From assembly GCA_973895155.1 (NCBI GenBank), contig OZ316898.1, positions 6,745,079 to 6,809,078 of the forward strand: DNA of 64,000 bases, read 5' to 3'. The position numbers and the translations under genes are program-made. This DNA comes from Marsupella aquatica. Lineage: Eukaryota; Plantae; Marchantiophyta. How positions within the stretch are numbered: position 1 is the first letter of the stretch; each line of letters opens with the position of its first letter. Shown in pieces: positions 38,897 through 53,994 of this stretch. The notes under the pieces were generated by a model. It saw only the letters and a program-made list of their open reading frames with translations, was not told the DNA's origin and ran no database searches.

Positions 38897-40601
38897 TGAA
38901 ACAATCACGAAAAAATGTCTTTTTTTGAAACTTCTCATAAAACTCAAAACTCAACACCGCCGCGTAGCCCACGAAGCTAGGAGTCCAATACTGAAAGCCA
39001 AAATCAAAATCAAAATTCGACGAAAAAGTTATTCAAATTTCGGTTGGGGTGGGTAAAACCTTGGGAAACTCCCCCGTTTTGACCACCTCGGAGAATAACC
39101 AAACTACCAAGTACAACCTGTCGTCGGAATTGCGATGTGATCGGTGCGCCACGTTGCTAACTCTAGTGACAACGTCCTCACCGAAAAAGAACCAAAAAAG
39201 TTTCCGTTTGGCGGACAGAATTTTTGTCGGACGGCCAAAAAACAGCTCTCTATTTTTTTTGGGAATATTCCCGCAGAGTCCGACAGGTCTCACAGGGGGC
39301 CGTTCCCCCTGTCGGAGCGGTTAAAACGGAGGGCGGCAGGTCCCGGCACAAGAAGAAATAAAAAGAAGGGGAAAAAAGAGTAAAAATAGGCCCTTAAGGG
39401 GGTGCAAAGCCCCTTAACCACTAAATACAAGTATAAAATAAAAAGGCGCCAGGGAGTATACAAATATTTGCCTGGGCGGGTACAAGGCAAATGGCCGGGG
39501 TACGGGGTCGCAGGCGTATACCCGGGCGGCTGCATACGCAGCCGCGTAGCCCTTTGCAGAAACGGGAGGGAGGGAAAAATGAGGCAGGGCCGGCCAGAGG
39601 GAGCCCCCGACAAGTATCGGGGAGGTGGGGGGCTGCTGGTGCACAGCTAAGGCAGGGAACGGGGGTGCGGGGGATAGGGTGACGAGTGCGCGTAAGGCGC
39701 CCGCCGGCGCTGCACCGTGTATTTGGGGTGAGCGGGGGGGGGGGGACACGGCCGGCAGGGCCCGAATTTAAAGACGTACGTGGGGGGGAAAAGAACGGCG
39801 TATGAGGGAGTAAGGGGCCAAGGTGTGTATACACCTCGTGTGTATACACACATAAAAAACCTTCTAAAACCCCCTTAAAAGCGAAATCGACCCCCCAAAG
39901 AAAGAAAAAAAAGGCACTAACTCACCTTTGCCGCCACCGTTTCCAACAAGTAAAATGACCGCCGCCGACGGTAAATGTGGCCGAATTTCACCGGCACAGT
40001 CTGCAAGCTCAGCAGAGACTAAACTTTCCGTCGGGTCGCCGTCACTCCACGTGAAGTGCCAATCCCGGGCTCAAAACGACCGCTTCGCCGCAATCAAACG
40101 GTTGAGCCGTAGCACTTCGCGTTTCTTCCACCGAGTTGGACGCTACGAAGAGAAACCCGGTTCAGATGGGAACAAGCTCCATAGCTTGTGAAAAAACCTG
40201 AACGCCTCCTTCACTCGTCACGTCGCACTCGGTAACAACTCGGCAACAATCCAGCTACCGAAACGACCAGCTCGCTTCAACCTTCAACTTGAGCTATAAT
40301 GTGCGATCCCTCCCGCACCGCACAGCTCACACCGTTGAAAAAACCAAACTCTGGTTTCTCCCCCGAAAACCCGTCGAACACGAATAAACCCTGAACGACG
40401 CAAACTTTGATTCCTCCGCACCACGGATACCGATCAGCGAGTTCTAACCACCGTTAGAAAGCCCTCTCACTAACCTATCCTCACAGCCACACACATTCGA
40501 GTTTCATGCGATGAAACTCCAACTGTACCATCGACAATGAACGTTGGAAAAACCTGTCACGAAAAAACCTCGTCACCTCCCAGGCATGCTCTGATACCAC
40601 T

Positions 40602-40945
40602 TGTTGAGCATAGACGACATTCGTAACGGCAAGCCCATGAACCATCCAACGCACAATAGTCGACACAGAGAGATACGTGGTTCACCTCCACATGAGGCTA
40701 CGTCCACGGGAACACACAAGAGCTTTACTGCACTCTAGGCCGACCGGCCATACCAAGCATCCACAGCACAAGTTCTCCCTATCTCTCAACTAGCTCCATA
40801 ACAATGAGCCTAAGTTCCACCAGGGTCTGGCATCAGCCCTGGCTATATGCACAACAGCACTACCGCTAACATTAGCTAAGCTCTAACCCAAGTTAGCCTA
40901 ACTGTAGTTAGCTCATGAGTCACAAGACTAGAGCAATATCTAACA
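40602..40945 (-). repeat. 5' LTR of the Copia element
   Basis: Followed on the minus strand by the iMet PBS. Confidence 0.95.
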
Positions 40946-41229
40946 TAATTATTCTTGCTTGTCTTGGGCAACGTGCAACTTTTTGTGACTCACACTAAAT
41001 TTAATTCACACTTTAGTTACTTTTTGTGACTCACACTAAATTTAATTCACACTTTGGCTTTATGGCTTACCAGATTTTTTAATTTTTGTGCCCTGCAAAT
41101 TTGAATGACGACCACTCTAAAAAGTGGCGCAACTGTGTATTATAGTTCTTGATAACACTATTACCCAGAGAGCACATGAGACATACAAGTAATTTGATAC
41201 AAGTAGTTTGAATAATAGATGCACAACAT

Positions 41230-41865
41230 CTATGCTTTTTAATCACGCTGTTTCCATTGCGAGGTGTCCTCATGCACTATGGCACAATTAAAGCAAAATT
41301 TCAACAATGCAGTTTGACGGTGTGATGTCCCAAAGCATTACTGCACAAAGCAAAATTTCAACCACACAGTTCCATGGTGAGGAGTTCCCACATAGTAGAG
41401 CACAAATCAAATTTTGAACCACGCAGTTCCATGGCGAGGTGCATGGCGTGTCCCCATGCACTAAGGCACAATGCAAAGTTTCAACCGCATAGTTTCATGG
41501 CCAGATGTCCACAAGCATTACTGCACAAAGCCAAATTTCAACCACACAGTTCAATGGCAAGGTGTCCTGAAGCACTACTCCACAAAGCAAAACTCAGTTC
41601 CATGGCAAGGTGCATGGCGTGTCCCCATGCACTAAGGCACAAAGCAAAGTTTCAACCGCATAGTTTCATGGCCAGATGTCCACAAGCATTACTGCACAAA
41701 GCCAAATTTCAACCACACAGTTCAATGGCAAGGTGTCCTGAAGCACTACTCCACAAAGCAAAACTCCAACCACGCAATTGCATGGCAAAGTGACTCTCAC
41801 ATGCTATGGCACAAAGCAAAGTTTGAACCACGCAGTTCCATGATGAGATGTCCCAAAGCACACCA
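41230..41865. repeat. Tandem repeat array of about 57-bp monomers with a higher-order duplication of about 171 bp
   Basis: Monomers 'aaatttcaaccacacagttccatggcaaggtgtcc..aagcactact.cacaaagc'. 41424-41594 is nearly identical to 41595-41765. Confidence 0.85.
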
Positions 41866-43216
41866 CTTATTAAATCTACACCAAGTTAATGCTCCCCCAT
41901 TTTTCTTGGCCCCTGTACACTGCCCATCCCAGTCCCCAATGCTGCTGCCCGCTCAGGCCCAAGTTTGCTATAACATGGCCCAAGTTTGCTATAACATTTA
42001 AACCAAGATTCTACCATATTATCATCTGCTCCTGCCGGATCAATTTTGTGCCATCTACTTGGGGTTTAAACTCTGGCACCCTTCACTTTCCCCAAGGTAA
42101 ATTTGAACGTTCCATGGGGGGAGGGTGTCCCCAAGCACTACAGTACACCACAAAGTGAAATTGGAGACTGAGTACTGATTCTACGTAGTAAGGTACTACT
42201 GCACAGTCGAGGTTTCCTCGAATAATGCTGCAGCAAGGTTGTGCAATCGATCGAATGCAGCGATGAGACAACAGGCGGAGCGCACGATGGAATGTGCATA
42301 CCGCTCCGTCGCTTTTGCCCATTATTGTGAACGTCGGGTGAGATGTTGAGAAACTCCGACATCGTCACGGGAGGTTGGCCTCTTCCACATTTTCTTTCCG
42401 CTTCTCAAAGATGCCGTCGTAATAAGGACTGCACAGCTCTCTGTTGTTCCTATCGTTTCCGCTTGGTTGTTTAGACTGTGGCCAGCTCTCATTTGAGAGT
42501 GCGATTCATCGTTTGTCGTGACGGAGAGAATTTGAATGTTGGAAGTTTAGATGTGAGCGGGCAAACGAAACTCTAGGGTTTAAGAAGCTGCAATAATGGG
42601 AATGTTCTGAATGAGTTGCTGCAGGAAGTGCTTTGGTGCAGTAGCGGTGCCCCTCATTGCTGTATTTGTGCAGTAGAGTTACCTCTCGCTGACAACTCTC
42701 CCTCACCAAGTGTTTAGGAGCGCTCGTTCGTGAGTTCGCTCGCAACTACGGTAGGTTGATTGTTAGAGCTCCGCGCAGCAATCTTTGCCCTGTTAATGAC
42801 ACTTTGTCTCGTTCAAGTCGCTCGTTCAAGTCGTTCGCAACTAGGTCGAAGTATCTTCTCAAGCACCCGCAAAGAAAATCTTAGCTCTGCTAACGCTCTG
42901 TCTTCGCTAGTACATGGTTTCAGCATTTTGTCGAAGCTCCGCACAGAAATCTTAGCTTTACCTGTGCACGGGCTTTTCGAGCATTCAGTAATCTTTGAAT
43001 AACGCACGAAATTTCTGCAATGGTGGCTCCTGCAGTTCACTTGAACGTCTCTGCGGCAATCGAGACTCCCGGTTACCATGGTCTGTCTAGCAACTGAAAA
43101 AGTTAAGAATCTAGCATGGTTTCTTCCCTGTCCCGTGTAATTTCTCGTTGCGGACAAGGGCCCTGCGGACGGACGGACAACAATTTTGTTTGGGAGAGTC
43201 CTCACGTCGCTCGGGA

Positions 43217-45067
43217 ATGATTGGAACAAGGCTGTGCAATTTGTTAGGTGACTTGGGATACGAACGATGGCAGCTGCTAGATCCCGACAGCTTCGAGTGG
43301 CCCCTCCAATATGAGGAGACGCGGCCCCTGCTGGATTGGCTTTGCTCCAATCTGCGGCCCAACAACGTGCTCTCTGTCTCGGAGATTACACAGTACAACA
43401 AGCTCTGTGAAGAAGGCAAGGTTTTAGATGGAGAGGATTTGGATTTTGCATTTGACAGCATATCTGCATTTGCTCACAAGAGATCCAGTCAAGAGGCAGT
43501 CCTTGGCGTGGAGGAATCGCTCAAGGAGATCAATGATTCAGTGGAATCGTATCGTGCTGAGGCCGTTGAGCTGGGAAAGCGATTTCAGAGACTGCAATCG
43601 AATTTTGATTCCCTGACAAGACATACCACCACCTATGTCCAGGGAAGACGTGCAAGAGCAGCCACGGCTGCTCATAGTGAGCAATTTTTAGTGATGGAGG
43701 AGAAGTTGGCTCACAGGAATTTGGAGCTCAATGCAGTGCTGGAGAGGATCTCATCATCTGCCAGGGAGTTAGCCTACTATCATTCTGGAGAAGAGGATGG
43801 CATTTACTTATCCTTTGGAAACTTCCAAACTTTCACAACTCAAGATCAAGCTTGCACCAAGGCATTGAATGAGTGGTTCGTCAAACAATTTGATGTGGGT
43901 CCGTCTCGACTCGTTGTGGAGGAAGCTCAGTGGAAGGGCACGTTGGAGAATAACGTGGAGGATGACAGCAAACTAACCGTGAAAGGAGATTTTGAGAAGA
44001 CCTACCAGAGTCGAGTTTTAGAGCTCCAACGGCTTCGTTCAATATTTGGGGTGAGTGAGAGGCAGTGGGTGGAAGCCCAAGTCGAGTGCGCCAAGCAACT
44101 TGCTATTCTCGAAGGGAGCAAGTCAGAAGCTTTTGCTGATCAGCATCATTTGCATTCCGATTCTCCCACGTTGAAACGTAGGCAAATTGAAGTGGAGGGC
44201 GAGGTTTCCCTTCTCTCAGAATCGGAGGAGAGGCTCCTTCATCAGGTAATTCCGGGTCTCTGCTTGGAGCTGGCCCACCTTCAGGATACATACATTCTGC
44301 AAGGAGACTATGATTTGAAAGTCATGCGCCAAGAGCACTACATCTCACAACAGATCAAGTTTATTGGGTTATTGACAAATCAATTGTCAAGGCATCGGTT
44401 TCTGCATGTCTCCTGTCAGTTGGAGAGGAAGCAAATAAATGCAGCCTGTGAACTTCTTCGACTAATGGAGACTGATTTGCAAAGATTTAATAATGCTACC
44501 CGGGGCCGGATAGAGCGGCATGCAATTATCAGACATGCAGCTGCCGAGACACAGGAACAGGGTGCCGTTGATGATCAGGACACTTTTCTTCACCGTGTGA
44601 GAGATATATTGAGTATACATGCATATGACAGAGGAGGGCCTCGGATGTACATTTCCGCACTTGGGCTTGTCCAAAAAATTACGGAGCTGCTGTTGGAGAA
44701 ACATTCATTACAGGCGGAGTTGAACCATTCCATGCCAGAGGACCAGACCAAGTGTCTTAACGATTGGTGTGATGTTATTCGGCAAGTGCAGCAGCTTTTA
44801 TTTGCGTCGTCAACGACAGCTGAGCCAGTTCTGAGTCCTTGGCCACTTATGCAGGAACTTGCTGAGATGGAGGTTGTCAACTCGAGGCTGTCAGCAGCTA
44901 TTGAAGCAGTCACTCGTGAGCACCGTGAAAAAGCTGAGATTGTAAAACATCATCCCCATGAAGTTGGACGTGAGAGGCAGGTCTTTGTGGACTTTTTCCA
45001 AAATCCTGACCGCCTAAGGAATCTAGTATTAGAGCTTTCTTTGCATGTGAAGGCTCTAAGAGCGTAA
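43217..45067 (+). CDS. AUG3: AUGMIN subunit 3 (HAUS3), intronless
   Basis: N-terminus 'MIGTRLCNLLGDLGYE...LDPDSFEWPLQYEETRPLLDWLCSNLRPNNVLS', 'LQDTYILQGDYDLKVMRQE', and C-terminus 'ERQVFVDFFQNPDRLR' match plant AUG3. ATG at 43217. Confidence 0.93.
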   Translation: MIGTRLCNLLGDLGYERWQLLDPDSFEWPLQYEETRPLLDWLCSNLRPNNVLSVSEITQYNKLCEEGKVLDGEDLDFAFDSISAFAHKRSSQEAVLGVEESLKEINDSVESYRAEAVELGKRFQRLQSNFDSLTRHTTTYVQGRRARAATAAHSEQFLVMEEKLAHRNLELNAVLERISSSARELAYYHSGEEDGIYLSFGNFQTFTTQDQACTKALNEWFVKQFDVGPSRLVVEEAQWKGTLENNVEDDSKLTVKGDFEKTYQSRVLELQRLRSIFGVSERQWVEAQVECAKQLAILEGSKSEAFADQHHLHSDSPTLKRRQIEVEGEVSLLSESEERLLHQVIPGLCLELAHLQDTYILQGDYDLKVMRQEHYISQQIKFIGLLTNQLSRHRFLHVSCQLERKQINAACELLRLMETDLQRFNNATRGRIERHAIIRHAAAETQEQGAVDDQDTFLHRVRDILSIHAYDRGGPRMYISALGLVQKITELLLEKHSLQAELNHSMPEDQTKCLNDWCDVIRQVQQLLFASSTTAEPVLSPWPLMQELAEMEVVNSRLSAAIEAVTREHREKAEIVKHHPHEVGRERQVFVDFFQNPDRLRNLVLELSLHVKALRA

Positions 45068-46093
45068 CTTAACCCATTTGGCACTAGTCAGTTTTCTTTG
45101 TCAATTCCTTTTATCAACTTGTACATATTTTTGATCCGATGAAGGCATTCCTGTACATTCCACATTCGTAGTCTACACTGATCATGTGAAGGTATTAAGG
45201 TCTTTATGGCTAATGGTTGTCCCCTATTCTCCTTATGTATACAGTGGATTGATAATTCCAATCCACCCCACTAAGAATGTTGTAGAGTTTGCTTTTGGGG
45301 GAGAGGATGTTGTGTGGGTAGAGATTTGAGATCTTCACGACTGTGAACCTTCAGCACAAGAGCAACGCTTGCATCTAAAGTATGCAGGGATCCTTTACAT
45401 GAGAAGCAATCTGAAATGTGTGCAATTTAAGACGCTACCCTTCCTTGTGAAGATGTTACGTCGAAAGCAGTTCAAGCAGCGCGCGTTCTTGCTCGGCTGT
45501 GCGAGCATCTCAGCAGGAAGGGATATCCTGCCCGGGAATGACCCAATCCGAGTCGGAATCGTGGGACCATTGGTACACTTGCAAAGAAACAAACTTCACT
45601 GACACAGATTTCAATTAAACTTGTTCCAACAGGGGAGAATTTAATTCAATTCTTACAAATTTGGGTGCCTGATAAAAAATACTTTTAACTTCTAATATTG
45701 CCTGTAGAGATCATCATTACTTCAAAGCAATACTTGGGTGACTTATTGCAATTAATATCAGATTCTGTTAGGAAACAAAGCATTCCTCTGAAGTAGGTAT
45801 GATCTCTGAAGCCAAGACAAATTTCACGAGTACAGGTTGGCATATCCCCTGCGAAAGTTGCAGCTACTGTTCTAATTTTCTGGGACAGCATCTGATGCTT
45901 TTGAAGTAGTCGAGGTCCTAAATGCATCACAGGTATTTGGTGAAAATATCACATCTGTAAGTCTACCAATGCTTTGCGCATTTCACATTTCCACGGTATC
46001 AACACATGGAGGACCGACCCTGAGGCAAGCAACATGGACAGGTGGCAGAATGGGTTTACAATATACTCTCCATTGTGGAGACAAAAGAATATC

Positions 46094-47875
46094 TCAACCT
46101 TTCAACTTATCAAGCAATATTTTGTTCATTAGGGCTGGGTTTACCTTACCCCCTGAAGATTTCATGACCTGACCAACGAAGAAACCTTGCAGCTTGGTTT
46201 TCCCACCACGGTAAGCAGCAACCTGACTTGCATTTTTTTCCAAGACTTCTTCGATCATTTTTTCTATCGTGGCAACATCAGAAATCTGCATGAGACCTTT
46301 TTTCTCTACAATGTGCTTTGCTGTGACGCCCGTTTCAAGGATTTCTGGGAGAACTTCCTTGCCAATTTTACCACTTATTGTACCATCCTTGATCAGTTCG
46401 AGAAGCTCTGCTAATGTGGAAGGAGTCAACTTGATTTCGGTAATTGAAAGCTTTTCATTTTTCAAGAAAGCTGAGATATCTCCCATTATCCAGTTAGCAG
46501 CCTGCTTCACATCGCCTCCCTTCTCAAGCACAGCGTCAAAATATTCTGCAACAGAACAGTCATTTGTCAGCACAAGTATGTCCTGCATGCTGAGACCCAG
46601 TTCCTCATAACGGCGGCGCTTCTCATTTGGCAGTTCTGGGAGGGTTGCCTGGATTGAATTTATGAACTCTTCAGCAAGTAGGACTTCTGGTAGATCTGGT
46701 TCAGGAAAGTAGCGATAATCTGCTAACCCTTCTTTCTTCCGCATTGTGGTCGTCCGCTGGGCCCCCTCTTCCCATAGCCTGGTCTCTTGCACTATTTTGT
46801 CACCTTCACCATCCTCAATTAATTTGACCTGCCTGGAAATCTCATACTCTATAGCTCGTTGCATTGCAGAAAAGGAGTTCATATTCTTTATTTCCACCTT
46901 AGTACCGAATTTCTCCTGCCCCTTTGGCCTGACTGAAATGTTAACATCGCACCTCATGGAGCCCTCCTGCATGTTGCCATTTCCTATGCCCAAATACCTT
47001 ACCGTGCGCTGCAGCTCGGCTGCATACTCGGCTGCCTCTAGACCTGTCCTCATTTCCGGTTCGGATACAATCTCCAACAAAGGTACCCCTGCCCTGTTCA
47101 AATCCACCTGTGAATAAGAAGATCCAGAGAGCTGGTCAGCACCAGCATGAATCAATTTGCCAGCATCCTCTTCCATATGAACCCTTGTGATTCCGAACTT
47201 TCTGTGCCCTCCTCCAAGCTCCACCGGCAGGTCCAACTCCACGTAGCCATGCTCTGCAATGGGAATGTCAAACTGTGAAATCTGATATCCCTTGGGAAGA
47301 TCCGGGTAGAAGTACTGCTTCCTGTCAAATTTCGACCTACGAGCTATCTGGGAATGCAGAGCGAGGCCAAGCTTTACTCCATACTCCACAACGCTCTCGT
47401 TCAAAACAGGCAGAGTCCCCGGCAGTCCCATGCACACAGGGCACACATTCGTGTTCGGTTCTGAACCATACTTCGACTCACAAGCACAGAATGCCTTTGT
47501 TCCCGTCGCCAGCTGCACGTGCGTCTCGATTCCAATCACAGCCTCGTACTTCTCTGCAGCCACATTGCTCTCCCCTTCTGCAACTTTAGTCCCTCCTTCC
47601 TTTGTCAAAACCCTAGGAGGTGGCAATCTTCTGGAATGACTTTGAGATTTCTTAAACCCTACTGAAGGAGTTGAAGAAGATGCTGACGGTGCTCTTGGAA
47701 GGGGAGGAGGAGGTTCTGTTGCACAACGGCTCGTTGGCAATGTGGAGAAGGAGAGAGCGATGCGACAACGGGATGTGGGAAAGAATACTGAGAGGTTGAC
47801 ATTGCACCTGGAGAGGTTTAGAGCAGGGCGACGCAAGCCCACCATGGAGGCTCTCACCAGCTGCTGCGCGGCCAT
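46094..47875 (-). CDS. GATB: Glutamyl-tRNA(Gln) amidotransferase subunit B, plastid/mitochondrial, intronless
   Basis: '[13 protein letters not shown]', '[19 protein letters not shown]', 'HMEEDAGK', '[10 protein letters not shown]' and '[11 protein letters not shown]'. A transit peptide starts at MAAQQ (ATG 47875, good context GCCATGG). Confidence 0.96.
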   Translation of the reverse strand: MAAQQLVRASMVGLRRPALNLSRCNVNLSVFFPTSRCRIALSFSTLPTSRCATEPPPPLPRAPSASSSTPSVGFKKSQSHSRRLPPPRVLTKEGGTKVAEGESNVAAEKYEAVIGIETHVQLATGTKAFCACESKYGSEPNTNVCPVCMGLPGTLPVLNESVVEYGVKLGLALHSQIARRSKFDRKQYFYPDLPKGYQISQFDIPIAEHGYVELDLPVELGGGHRKFGITRVHMEEDAGKLIHAGADQLSGSSYSQVDLNRAGVPLLEIVSEPEMRTGLEAAEYAAELQRTVRYLGIGNGNMQEGSMRCDVNISVRPKGQEKFGTKVEIKNMNSFSAMQRAIEYEISRQVKLIEDGEGDKIVQETRLWEEGAQRTTTMRKKEGLADYRYFPEPDLPEVLLAEEFINSIQATLPELPNEKRRRYEELGLSMQDILVLTNDCSVAEYFDAVLEKGGDVKQAANWIMGDISAFLKNEKLSITEIKLTPSTLAELLELIKDGTISGKIGKEVLPEILETGVTAKHIVEKKGLMQISDVATIEKMIEEVLEKNASQVAAYRGGKTKLQGFFVGQVMKSSGGKVNPALMNKILLDKLKG

Positions 47876-50443
47876 GGAGCTTCTGTGAATTAGGGAGAGC
47901 AAACCACTCAGCAGACAGAGAGTGGAATACCCATCAAATGGATCAATGAGACATATGAATCCTTCTTTGTGCGGTTCTCCAAGTGCTCTGCAGTTCGAAT
48001 TGGTCTGCAGAGGCGGCTCACTCACTCCTCTTTTATTTCGAGGCCGGGGTGTCCAGCTCTCAGGCCTTCCTTCTTTTGCAATTTCGGATTGCGACAATCT
48101 GCCATGAATTCCTCGTTGCAGAATCGAAACTTCACAATCCTTTGTCTTGCTTGTTACAGCAACCTAAGGGTGCTGTCCAATTCACACAAGCTGTCTGCTC
48201 AAACTTCTGCTCGAATTCGCACCATCCCCGATGTTGAAGCTCAATTTCGAGCTCACAACAATGGAGCTTCACCAAAATGGATAAGTGATCTATGGCGACC
48301 ATTTATTATGGGCGTAATTATGATATGGGGAGCCATACGCTCAGATGGGATTTCCTTCCAAACGTTTCAGCTCAGATGGGATCCCAAAGTGCGTACGAAA
48401 GACAATTTTATTTGTTTTGCTCTAAAGCAGGTGAAAATAGTTTATTACTTAGAGCATCCCCACTAGTTTTGTGGCCCAAGGTTGCCAAAGGGAAAATGAT
48501 CTCTGTCCATAAGAGAGAATGCATTTTGGTCTGAGTGACTAAACGTGTTGCACGGGTGCCTTGTAAAATCTCTTTGAACACACTCCAGAGTGCACGAGCA
48601 ACTGTTGCTGTTTCATAAAATTGAGAGAATGATCTAGGAAGATGTAAACATATGATGCAAACAACGGCATCGATGCAGTTTGGCAGCATTGGCAAAAGGA
48701 GAGTACCTACTTGAAAAAAGTCTAAGTATTCTGGCCAGGAAGTGTTGGGCCCAACAGCCTGGAAAACATTTACTGATGCCTACCACCGGTGCGCATGCCA
48801 ACAAAAGCCAATGTAGATCGCTGGTGCAGATGCACTTACAAGAGAATGAACATTCAAATCAAAGGAGATTACCATCATAGATTGAAGTCCTAAGTTATTA
48901 CTTAGTAGAGAAAACATATTTAAAATATACCGGTAGAGATAGACTAGTTTAATCTCATGTGCTGCATGGAAGATGACAAGGTTAGGCAAAGAAGTACAAG
49001 TGAGACAACAAAGTCATTGAGAAAAGGAGTATCATGGAGACAAGAAGATGTTGCCGAGGGTGTTATTGATGTTAGGGTACGTTGATGCAAAAGTGTTGTA
49101 CACTTGCCAAGACTTCCAGGATGATGCATTGTCCCAAAAACCTGGTATTTCCCCCTTTGGATTAGCCCTGCAAATGCACAGATGGAAGGAAAGAAGGGAG
49201 AAACTACTGTCTGTCTAGAGCCCTCTTTAGCTCAGGAATCCTAGCATCCAAACCTTTAAATTTAGATAGGATCCCAAAAAGCTTACCCTAAAGCTAAATT
49301 TCAATCACATCATCATCCTAATTACACTTTTGTTTCCAGTGCAAGGTTAGGAACCCTTCTGTGCAAGAGGTTTGGAAAGTGGATCCCATCAGAGTCTATC
49401 ATTCCCACAACAGATATATGCCTTAATTAATGAACAGATGCTATGAATTGAATTGACCACTGAATGGTTTATAGTGTGTCAAGGCCTAATCAAGAGATGT
49501 TTTCTCTCTCAGAGGATGCATGCCAAGAAGCCTACTAAAGATTGGGGGTGAGTTGATGTCACCAGCCTCTAGAGTGACTAATGGTTATGGCATAGGACCA
49601 ATCCTTATGGCAAAAGTTAAGGAGTATCAAAAAACTTTTTTTATGTCCATCTACAACTATACTAAGGGATCCCGCCTTTTTTCTAACTTTATTTCAATAA
49701 AAAAAAGCTCCTGGGTGAGAAAGATCCATAGCCGTTGGATTCAATTGGCTGTTTTTCCTGACCATTGATGAAAAAAATGTGCACCCATGACACATATATG
49801 CTTTCTGCTGCCCCATAAATTCACTGGCCGGAAGAAGTTATAAGCAGCAAATAATAAGGCAAATAATAAGGCTCCCACGAAAGTGATTATTTGCTGCTTA
49901 TAGGCTGGCCCTCCTTGAACCATGCAAAGGCATAGGGCTCGTAATCCATAACTAGCGAGTTGACTTCCATCAAATTGTCACTTTTGAAACCTCCGAATAA
50001 TAAACTTTAATGTACTAAACTTTAATGTACTGGACTCTATTTAGGTTCGAAAGATCGGCACTCAGGTTAGTTTAGTTACCCTGGTTACCGAGATCCGTCT
50101 ACGGCACCGATGGATCCTGACGGAAATGTTTGCGGCAGGAAACTACAGCACGCTGCTCTACGGCACAGGTGGGTCCTGACGGAAAGGATTTGCGGCAGCG
50201 AAGACGGTGCTCGTCGTGCACGAGGAGAAGAGTGAGAGATCGACGCGAAGAGTGGAGCAAAACCGACGATATAGCAATTGAGCAGACAGGCGAAGATTTT
50301 TAGTGATTTTTAGTTCGGTCCTCTCGGGACTCTCCTCTCATTCTTGTAGCTCGCCTTTGTTGGCCCTTTCTCGGTGAAGTGGTTGGTTTGATCTATGTCA
50401 TATTGAGCAAAAGGGAAGAACCGGAGAATCAAGGGAAGCTACA

Positions 50444-53994
<3,551 letters not shown>

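Larger units (their letters stand above)
34088..40945 (-). mobile_element. Full-length Ty1/Copia LTR retrotransposon (Tnt1/Tork-like), defective
   Basis: 344-bp TG...CA LTRs at 34088-34431 and 40602-40945, with 5-bp TSD TAATT (34083-34087 and 40946-40950). PBS TGGTATCAGAGC (40599-40588, iMet) and PPT AAGGGGGAG next to the 3' LTR. Domain order is gag (FEVEKYDG), CCHC knuckle, protease (WILDSA), integrase (HFRLGH, VHSDVWGP), RT (YVDDM), RNase H (KHIDIRYH). Confidence 0.97.

Noticed and set aside
43148-43216. Extra N-terminus of AUG3
   Set aside because: Non-ATG start. Family similarity begins at the ATG at 43217.
47876-48097. Extra 74 aa upstream of GATB in the ORF track
   Set aside because: It starts at a non-ATG codon, while the ATG at 47875 has good context and begins a typical transit peptide.
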